From positions 1,800,001 to 1,832,000 of the forward strand of contig NC_004460.2 of assembly GCF_000039765.1 (NCBI RefSeq): a stretch of 32,000 nt of DNA, read 5' to 3'. Position 1 is the first letter of the stretch. Each line of letters starts with the position of its first letter. Below, in pieces: positions 25,483 through 32,000 of the stretch. The notes under the pieces are model-generated. The model was not told the origin of the DNA, made no database searches, and saw only the letters and a program-made list of their open reading frames with translations. The DNA is from Vibrio vulnificus CMCP6. GTDB taxonomy: Bacteria > Pseudomonadota > Gammaproteobacteria > Enterobacterales > Vibrionaceae. The position numbers were made by a program, and so were the translations under genes.

Positions 25483-26361
25483 ATGCAAAGCCTACCACCA
25501 CTGAATGCGCTGAAAGCGTTTGAAGCCGCTGCGAGATTGCAGAGTTTTACCAAGGCGGCGGAGGAGTTAAACGTCACCCGTGCTGCCGTGAGTCAGCAAG
25601 TGAAAGCACTTGAATCTCAATTAGAGGCGATTTTGTTTGAGCGGCACGGCGCGCAGTTGCTACTCACTGAGGCGGCGAGAGATTATTTGCCTGTGGTTTC
25701 CAATCTTTTTCAGCAATTGGCGGTGACCACGGAGCAATTGTTCAATCGTAGGCAAAATGGGCAATTGGTTTTACACGTGGCGCACAGCTTCTGTTTGCAA
25801 TGGCTGTTACCACGTTTGGGCGATTTTAGACGTCGCTATCCACAATGGCCACTAAAAATTTCCACAACATCAAATACTTTACCTGATAACAGCGCCACGG
25901 CAGATGTCGAGATCATCAATGGCTATGGTGACTGGCAATACCATCAAGTGACGAAACTAACAGAGGAAAACTGGATATTGGTCGCGAGCCCCGGCTTTCT
26001 GCAACTCAATCCGATAGCCACGTTAGATGATCTCAAAAATGTGCCTCGCTTGGCGACCAGTGGGTATGTGGAAACTTGGCCACGCTGGTTTGACTATCAT
26101 GAAGTCTCCGTCGCCTGCGGCAAAATGGCCTTAGAGTTTGACCATTCGACACTCTCCATCGAAGCGGCAGTGCATCAACTGGGTGTGCTGTTGGTACGGG
26201 ATTTATTGGTGGATGACCACTTACGCCAAGGCAGCTTGGTTCAAGTGGGAGAGTGGTCGATGCCCAGTGCTGGCGCACATCATTTGATTGTACGAAACCC
26301 AGACAAACCTCAAGTGGATGCATTTGTTCACTGGCTTACAGATTGTTGCAAAAATCGCTGA
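25483..26361 (+). CDS. LysR-family transcriptional regulator (GcvA/AmpR-like subgroup)
   Basis: LPPLNALKAFEAAARLQSFTKAAEELNVTRAAVSQQVKALE. Confidence 0.9.
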   Translation: MQSLPPLNALKAFEAAARLQSFTKAAEELNVTRAAVSQQVKALESQLEAILFERHGAQLLLTEAARDYLPVVSNLFQQLAVTTEQLFNRRQNGQLVLHVAHSFCLQWLLPRLGDFRRRYPQWPLKISTTSNTLPDNSATADVEIINGYGDWQYHQVTKLTEENWILVASPGFLQLNPIATLDDLKNVPRLATSGYVETWPRWFDYHEVSVACGKMALEFDHSTLSIEAAVHQLGVLLVRDLLVDDHLRQGSLVQVGEWSMPSAGAHHLIVRNPDKPQVDAFVHWLTDCCKNR

Positions 26362-26475
26362 GAGGCGGCAGACAAATTACGCGTTTGCTCTTTTCGAATC
26401 AAAGGCATTCGTTGTTACTATCTCACCGATATTTTTCCGCTGTATGTTGTGCGGAACAAAAGTGGGAGGAGTGAA

Positions 26476-27261
26476 ATGGAAGTACTCAATGGTGGCCGAG
26501 AAGGGGTCATTTTGCGACAAGGAAATCATGTAACTCGTCCGGCGAGCGCATCAACCGTGACAGTCCATCAACTGCTGCGGCATTTGCATCAGCATGGGTT
26601 TCATGCTTGCCCAGAGCCGTTGGATCTTGAGCAAGATCGTGAAACCGTCAGCTTTGTGCTGGGGGACTGCTATAACTATCCGTTAAGCGGCAAAATCACA
26701 TCAATCAATGCTCTCAAATCAGCGGCTCGCCTACTGCGAAACCTGCATGACGCATCACAATCTTTTCTCAGTTTACATTCGCATGAGAACCTACACTGGA
26801 TGCTGCCAGCAAGGCAGCCTGCAGAAGTGATCTGCCATGGTGACTTTATGCCTTACAACGTTGTGCTTGATGAAGAGGTGGTGGTCGGCGTGTTTGATTT
26901 TGATACTGCGCACCCAGCGCCAAGAATTTGGGACATTGCCTTTGCGGTTTATGGCTGGGCACCGTTTAAAACGGATGAAACAGATAAGCTTGGCAGTCTA
27001 GAAGAGCAAATTAGCCGCGCACGGATATTTTGTGATGCCTATGAATGCAGTCGTTTACAGCGAGAAGAACTGGTCGAAACCATGACGTTAAGGCTGACCG
27101 CACTGGTGGATTACATGCGAACCCAAGCCAGTGAAGGGAATGAGCAGTTCGTAGAAAATATCGCGCAAGGCCATCACTTGGCCTATCTGAATGACATCGA
27201 TTATCTCAATAAATATCGCCATGCGATCACCCAAGGTGTGCTGCAAGGCCTCGCGAGATAA
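26476..27261 (+). CDS. Phosphotransferase-enzyme-family (APH/choline-kinase-like) small-molecule kinase
   Basis: Catalytic loop ICHGDFMPYNVVL and metal-binding GVFDFDTAHP. GGAGGAG lies upstream of ATG 26476. The track start is 26449. Confidence 0.8.
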   Translation: MEVLNGGREGVILRQGNHVTRPASASTVTVHQLLRHLHQHGFHACPEPLDLEQDRETVSFVLGDCYNYPLSGKITSINALKSAARLLRNLHDASQSFLSLHSHENLHWMLPARQPAEVICHGDFMPYNVVLDEEVVVGVFDFDTAHPAPRIWDIAFAVYGWAPFKTDETDKLGSLEEQISRARIFCDAYECSRLQREELVETMTLRLTALVDYMRTQASEGNEQFVENIAQGHHLAYLNDIDYLNKYRHAITQGVLQGLAR

Positions 27262-27305
27262 ACGACTCAAACACAAAGAACGGACTAAGGCATCGTACGA
27301 TCAAA

Positions 27306-27326
27306 AAGCCCGCAAAATGCGGGCTT
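27306..27326. terminator. Bidirectional hairpin terminator between the kinase and POT genes (better T-tract on the minus strand)
   Basis: AAGCCCGCA-aaa-TGCGGGCTT, flanked by an A-run on the left. Confidence 0.7.
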
Positions 27327-27350
27327 GATTCGTTTAGAATGCGTCAGTGA

Positions 27351-28835
27351 TTAACCTTGCACTTCAGCTTCTGCCAGCACTTCAGGCTGTTCGCTCTCTT
27401 TTGCTGCATCAAGCATCTTACGAATAATCCAAGAAGCAGCCAGCGCTACACCCACCATGACGACCGCTAGTACGGTGAGCAATTGGAAGTAATCACCGTA
27501 GACCGTTTGCACGATCTCTTGCGTGATGGCTTGACCTTTCTCTAGGGCGATAGAAGTAGAGAATACCGCGCCAACGATGCCACTGAGCGCAAGCGCCACA
27601 GAGAACAAGCTGACAGAGAAGTTCTCAATGTGTTTTGGTGCAACCGATAGGATAAACGCCACCACCATGGAGCCCACGATAACTTCAGCAATCGCTTGGA
27701 AGAAGTGAATCGCGAGGAAAATCTCCGGTAGGATGATCACATCTTCACTGATATTGATGACGGCGAAGGTCAGGATACCAAAGGCTATGGCGGTTAAAAC
27801 AAACGCCAAAGCAATCTTTGTTGCTGTTGAGAGGAAGATGTCTCGCTTCTCTAGCATTGCAAAGAAACCTGCCACGATAGGGCCACCCACCATACACCAC
27901 AATGGGTTCATCGCCATGGCCGCTTCTGGCTCAAGTGGAATGAAACCAAAGAGGTCGCCTTTTAGCGTATTGATCGCCACCATGTTCATCGATGTCATCA
28001 TCTGACCGTAGTAGACGAAGAAACATGTGGTCAGGAATGTCACGATTAAGATGGTGCCCATCTTCAACGACTCTGACTTGCTCACTTTAAACATCAAAGA
28101 GATAAAGTAGAGGATGGCTGCGCCGCCAATGGCGTAAACGATGTTTTGGCCAATCGCCATGTTTGAGAACATGAAGAACACCAACGCAATCATGGCTGCA
28201 GAAATCACAGCAAAGAAGATCCAGTTTTTTACACTCACGGACTGTCTATCCAGATCCGTTGCGACACCCACCAAGCCTTTGCGGAAAATAATCAAAGTGA
28301 CCAGTGCCGCCGCTGCCATCACGGCTGAAATGACGAAGCCGCCGTTAAAGCCAATGACCAACACCAGCATTGGGAAGAGGTATTGACCTAAGAATGCCCC
28401 AACGTTGTTAACGGAATAGTTGATAGGGTAGCCCTTTTCAAAATCTTCTTGAGAGTTGAAAGTGCGCTTGTACAGGCTTGGGTAGGATGGAGACATCAAG
28501 CCACGGCCATAGCTGGCCAAAGCGATACCGCACATTGAAAGGGGAACGTTACTGGCGGATGCGCCCAGCACCAACAGAACATAGCCAGAAGAGAACGCAA
28601 GGAATGCGATAGACAATGAGCGATATGCGCCTAAAAATTTATCAGCGATAAAGCCACCCGCAATCGCAAACAGTGGACCGATGGCGGAGAATGCGCCGAC
28701 GATCATCATTGTATCTGCTTCGTTGTAATTCAGATCCTCTAAGAAAAAGCGCGTTAAGCTAACGAGCACGCCGTAAAATGACAAGCCAAACATCATTTGG
28801 CAGAACATCATGGATTTGTTTAGTTTATTCCACAT
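27351..28835 (-). CDS. POT/PTR2-family (proton-dependent oligopeptide transporter-like) MFS transporter, atypical
   Basis: GGFIADKFLGAYRS and the NYSVNNVGAFLG motif are POT-like. The TM1 ExxERFxYYG motif is replaced by QMMFGLSFYG. Confidence 0.75.
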   Translation of the reverse strand: MWNKLNKSMMFCQMMFGLSFYGVLVSLTRFFLEDLNYNEADTMMIVGAFSAIGPLFAIAGGFIADKFLGAYRSLSIAFLAFSSGYVLLVLGASASNVPLSMCGIALASYGRGLMSPSYPSLYKRTFNSQEDFEKGYPINYSVNNVGAFLGQYLFPMLVLVIGFNGGFVISAVMAAAALVTLIIFRKGLVGVATDLDRQSVSVKNWIFFAVISAAMIALVFFMFSNMAIGQNIVYAIGGAAILYFISLMFKVSKSESLKMGTILIVTFLTTCFFVYYGQMMTSMNMVAINTLKGDLFGFIPLEPEAAMAMNPLWCMVGGPIVAGFFAMLEKRDIFLSTATKIALAFVLTAIAFGILTFAVINISEDVIILPEIFLAIHFFQAIAEVIVGSMVVAFILSVAPKHIENFSVSLFSVALALSGIVGAVFSTSIALEKGQAITQEIVQTVYGDYFQLLTVLAVVMVGVALAASWIIRKMLDAAKESEQPEVLAEAEVQG

Positions 28836-29044
28836 AATTTATTGCTCACTGTTGGATTATTTGCAGTGGTTATGACTGGATTTATTGTAGATTAATGGTG
28901 TGTAATATTTTGAAACAATTGTCGCACAAAGTAAAAGTTTTGCACTACATTTTCTAATGACAAACGATTGCTTAACTAATGGGTTGTTCTAAATCAAATG
29001 TATTGATTGGGATAATATTCGTCAGATGAAACTAACGGTAGTTT

Positions 29045-29062
29045 TTTGTGAAATTTCACAAA
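29045..29062. promoter_or_regulatory. Perfect 18-bp palindrome TTTGTGAAATTTCACAAA; candidate operator upstream of the POT gene
   Basis: Read directly from the sequence. It lies 210 bp upstream of the POT start codon. Confidence 0.35.
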
Positions 29063-29136
29063 TGTATTGGTATTGGTAAGCAAAAGCGCGCAGAAAAAGG
29101 GAAGAAGAGAGGGGGCACTGAGTTTGTGCGTAAGCC

Positions 29137-29167
29137 ATACAAAGAAAGGGCAGCAGCGCTACCCTTT
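29137..29167 (-). terminator. Probable terminator of sdaA
   Basis: AAAGGG-c-AGC-agc-GCT-a-CCCTTT hairpin, with CTTTGT following on the minus strand. Confidence 0.5.
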
Positions 29168-29203
29168 GTGATGTTTATTTAGTCAATTTGATGAAGTGAC
29201 GGG

Positions 29204-30574
29204 CTATTCACACGGAGGCGCCATGTGAATCAGAGCCAAACCGCCGAGCGAGGTTTCTCGATATTTTTTATTCATATCTTTACCCGTTTGGTACATGGTC
29301 TCGATAACTTTATCTAATGAGATGAGGCACTTACTTGTGCGCTTTAAGGCCATGCGCGAAGCGTTTATCGCTTTCATTGCGCCCATCGCATTGCGTTCAA
29401 TGCACGGCACTTGAACCAAGCCACCAATCGGATCGCACGTCATGCCGAGTGAATGTTCCATCGCGATTTCTGCTGCAATGCAAATTTGCTCGTTGCTGCC
29501 ACCGCGTAATGCGGTCAATCCCGCCGCAGCCATTGAGGAGGAAACACCAATTTCACCTTGGCAGCCCACTTCTGCTCCTGAAATCGAAGCATTGGTTTTG
29601 TATAAAATGCCAATGGCACCAGATACGGCAAGGAAGTCTTTCAACTGCTTAGTATCGAGTTCTTTGATGAACTTGTGGTAGTACATTAACACCGCTGGAA
29701 TCACACCTGCTGCGCCGTTGGTCGGGGAGGTGACCACTTGGCCACCGGCCGCGTTTTCTTCGCTGACGGCAAAGGCAAACAAGTTAATCCAATCCATGAT
29801 TTCCATTGGATCATTTTCAATCGCGGCATTGGCTTCGAGCTTTTTCAGCAAGTTGGGTGCACGGCGAGTGACACTCAAGCCACCGTCAAGAATGCCTTCG
29901 GTTTCAAAACCGCGCTTCATGCACAGGCTCATCACTTTCCAAATTTGCTCAGCTTTGGCATCGATGGTGTCCATATTGTGGAACATTTGCTCATTGCGCA
30001 GCACCATTCCTCCAAGGCTAAGCCCGTTCTTTTCCGCCATTTCTAGCATTTCATCGGCATTTCTAAAGGGGAAATCCACCTTCACAGCGGATTCTTGCTT
30101 GCCATTTTTCAGTTCATCTTCGGTCGCAATAAAGCCGCCGCCAATGGAGTAGTAGGTCTCGAAGTGAAGGCGCTGCTGCTGTTCATCGAAGGCACTGATG
30201 GTCATGCCATTTTCGTGCAGTGGTAGGTTTTCGGTATGGAAGAGAATGTCACTGGCAAAGTCGAATTCAATAAAGCGCTCGCCACGTAGCGAGAGTTGCC
30301 CTTCGTGAATGGCTTGGCGCATCGCTTGATTGGCACTGCTAATACGGATGGTATCAGGGCGATTGCCTAACAGCCCTAAAATGACCGCGCGATCGGTGTG
30401 GTGGCCTTTTCCTGTTAGCGATAAAGAACCGTAGAGATCGACCTGAATTCGTTGCACTTTATCAAGATCATTTGCCAACAATTGCGTAAACTGATAACCC
30501 GCAATCATGGGACCATTGGTGTGAGAGCTTGAAGGGCCAACGCCAATCTTAAAAATATCAAAAATCGACAGCAT
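29204..30574 (-). CDS. sdaA: L-serine ammonia-lyase (iron-sulfur L-serine dehydratase, single chain)
   Basis: MLSIFDIFKIGVGPSSSHTNGPM... together with CIERNAMGA and the 456-aa length is typical of SdaA/SdaB. Confidence 0.93.
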   Translation of the reverse strand: MLSIFDIFKIGVGPSSSHTNGPMIAGYQFTQLLANDLDKVQRIQVDLYGSLSLTGKGHHTDRAVILGLLGNRPDTIRISSANQAMRQAIHEGQLSLRGERFIEFDFASDILFHTENLPLHENGMTISAFDEQQQRLHFETYYSIGGGFIATEDELKNGKQESAVKVDFPFRNADEMLEMAEKNGLSLGGMVLRNEQMFHNMDTIDAKAEQIWKVMSLCMKRGFETEGILDGGLSVTRRAPNLLKKLEANAAIENDPMEIMDWINLFAFAVSEENAAGGQVVTSPTNGAAGVIPAVLMYYHKFIKELDTKQLKDFLAVSGAIGILYKTNASISGAEVGCQGEIGVSSSMAAAGLTALRGGSNEQICIAAEIAMEHSLGMTCDPIGGLVQVPCIERNAMGAMKAINASRMALKRTSKCLISLDKVIETMYQTGKDMNKKYRETSLGGLALIHMAPPCE

Positions 30575-30758
30575 AATGATTTCCTATCTGACAACCTGCT
30601 AGTAAGTATGGATGAAGCAGTGTGTTGTACCAGTTCATCTTGAGTATGTATGTTGAAATTTTGTTAATGAATCTTAGTGCGGTGAAAATAGCCTCAGCTT
30701 GAACAAAAGTACAGCAGAAGATGAGAGTGATGTGTTTAAAACGAGAGATCTGTAAATA

Positions 30759-31616
30759 ATGGAAGAGAAACGTCTGGTCATCGTGCTGGGTAAGAGACTG
30801 TTTAAAAATGCGTTAACGCCAGAAGGCGTTAGCCGAGTAGACGCTTTGGTTGATGCAATGGCTTCGGGAAAGATTGAGCCTGGGAGTCGTATTGCATTTT
30901 GTGGTGGCATCACACAGGGGCAGACTCGCTCAGAAGCCATTGCTATGTTCGATTACTTCCAACAGCGTTGCCATGCGAATAACCTGACTTTTTCGGCTCA
31001 AAACATTTTGCTGGAAGAGCGCTCGACCAGTACAGTGGAGAACATTTTTGAAGTGTCTCGTTTGCTGATCCAAAGTGGCCAGTGTTCAACGGGCAGCGTT
31101 TTGAAAGTCACTTTCGTTTCCAATGATTACCATCTCAAGCGTATCTTTGAAATCCAACAATTAATGGATGAGCAAGGGCTATTGCGAGTGTTGCGCGAGC
31201 GCTGCGCTCAACACGGTGTGCATCTTGACATTCACCATGATCTGGAAGCGCATGTTAGCGTGCCGTATCCAAACGTCGGCGGCGAAGCACAACTGTTTTT
31301 GTTGATTGATGAGCTCACTACATACCGAGTGTATCTGGAAGGGGTGGCGCGCGGTGTGTTTCAGCGGCCATTAAAAGAGGTGCGCCGTATCCCCTACCAA
31401 AAAGCCCAAGAAGCATTAAGCGCTATTCGCTCTGTGCTAGCACAACATGCGGAATTTTCTGCTTATTATCACGATTTTGCGCAGCTTCAGCAGTGGATAG
31501 AAGAGAGCGATATTGAGCAAGAGGCTGCAACGATTTCTCAGATTGCTCGTTGTTTTAACCGCACCTTAGTGGGGCTAAATCGTCGCTTCGATCCGGAACA
31601 GGCTTTAAGGGACTGA
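30759..31616 (+). CDS. DUF218 (YdcF/ElyC-like) domain protein with a C-terminal extension
   Basis: LVIVLGKRL ... IAFCGGITQGQTRSEAIAM ... ERSTSTVENI matches the DUF218 pattern. Confidence 0.7.
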   Translation: MEEKRLVIVLGKRLFKNALTPEGVSRVDALVDAMASGKIEPGSRIAFCGGITQGQTRSEAIAMFDYFQQRCHANNLTFSAQNILLEERSTSTVENIFEVSRLLIQSGQCSTGSVLKVTFVSNDYHLKRIFEIQQLMDEQGLLRVLRERCAQHGVHLDIHHDLEAHVSVPYPNVGGEAQLFLLIDELTTYRVYLEGVARGVFQRPLKEVRRIPYQKAQEALSAIRSVLAQHAEFSAYYHDFAQLQQWIEESDIEQEAATISQIARCFNRTLVGLNRRFDPEQALRD

Positions 31617-31781
31617 TAAACCTTATTGAGCAATTTGGAAGTTAGCGCACGCTCGACTACGCTTAGAAGAGTTTCAAGTGGTGAAGCTCCGATTTTTACC
31701 ATTGATATTAACAGGTTTGTTGCGTCACTTTTCGCTCTGCGGTTATCGTATCGCAACCCATCATTGGCAAAGGAAATGTAA

Positions 31782-32000
31782 ATGTCACAACAAAAATTCC
31801 GTTTGGTAACCCGCAGTGATTTTGACGGCTTGGTTTGTGCTGTTTTATTAAAACAACAAGATTTGATTGATGAGATAAAATTTGTCCATCCCAAAGATAT
31901 GCAAGACGGCCTGATTGATATTACGGAAAACGATATTGTTACCAACTTGCCTTATGTCGCAGAAGCACACTTAGTGTTCGACCACCATCTCTCAGAAACC
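31782..32000 (+). CDS. DHH-family phosphoesterase-like protein, N-terminal part (runs off the right edge)
   Basis: Manual translation gives MSQQKFRLVTRSDFDGLVCAVLLKQQDLIDEIKFVHPKDMQDGLIDITENDIVTNLPYVAEAHLVFDHHLSET. It contains DxD and DHH motifs. AAGGAA lies 6 nt upstream of the ATG. Confidence 0.65.
   Translation, partial: MSQQKFRLVTRSDFDGLVCAVLLKQQDLIDEIKFVHPKDMQDGLIDITENDIVTNLPYVAEAHLVFDHHLSET

Noticed and set aside
29045-29062. The palindrome could be a CRP binding site.
   Set aside because: The TGTGA and TCACA half-sites are separated by 4 nt, whereas CRP requires 6.
1327-30940. Many 60-150 aa track ORFs run antisense to, or nested within, the large genes. Examples are 1598..1795+, 1857..2201+, 3245..3593+, 4233..4667-, 5339..5683-, 6422..6763-, 9772..10146-, 15968..16384+, 19259..19711-, 25069..25488- and 29718..30152+.
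   Set aside because: Each overlaps a longer ORF that has clear family motifs on the other strand or frame. None has independent motif, RBS or terminator support.
31538-31945. A 135-aa minus-strand ORF overlaps the end of the DUF218 gene and the start of the DHH-like gene.
   Set aside because: It is antisense to two well-supported plus-strand genes, has no RBS or family signal and has an odd composition. It is a typical shadow ORF.
1-32000. The window might hold a defence island, prophage, toxin-antitoxin pair or other mobile accessory module.
   Set aside because: I saw no integrase, transposase, nuclease/ATPase pairs or phage structural genes. There is no tRNA/attachment-site context and no obvious compositional break. 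The XRE regulator here is a long metabolic-type regulator rather than a small TA or phage repressor.

Overview
This window reads like an ordinary chromosomal segment of a Vibrio genome, probably V. cholerae-group. That placement is inferred from recalled PhnW, YjjG and SdaA-type sequences and could not be checked here. It holds about 31 tightly packed protein-coding genes. I saw no rRNA, tRNA, CRISPR, transposase, integrase or phage genes.

The centre (13.3-22.8 kb) is a 2-aminoethylphosphonate (AEP) uptake and catabolism locus. On the minus strand it carries phnW, a class-III PLP enzyme (PbfA-like) and phnX. These are divergent from phnS, phnT, phnU (fused permease) and phnR (GntR/HutC) on the plus strand. 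An EamA/DMT transporter and an FAD-dependent amine-oxidoreductase-like gene follow.

The flanks encode:
- regulators of the XRE, YafY/WYL, LysR (x2) and AraC (x2) families
- a GGDEF cyclase, a secreted MsrA-MsrB fusion, OsmC, Maa and YjjG
- an NrtS-like small membrane protein next to a sensor-less MCP
- an LplA-like catalytic-domain protein and a class-I/II aminotransferase
- an APH-like kinase, an atypical POT transporter, SdaA, a DUF218 protein and a truncated DHH-type gene

One feature is not explained by ordinary annotation. A ~1 kb array of four tandem ~255-bp copies of a hairpin-rich non-coding element fills the phnS-phnT gap. It shows a compensatory base-pair change, a plus-strand-only wobble change and overlapping, mutually exclusive stems. 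phnT also carries its own copy of the phnS-type regulatory module.

I found no convincing novel multi-gene protein system such as a defence island. The remaining findings are modest and hypothesis-level. All family calls come from motif reading without database searches.
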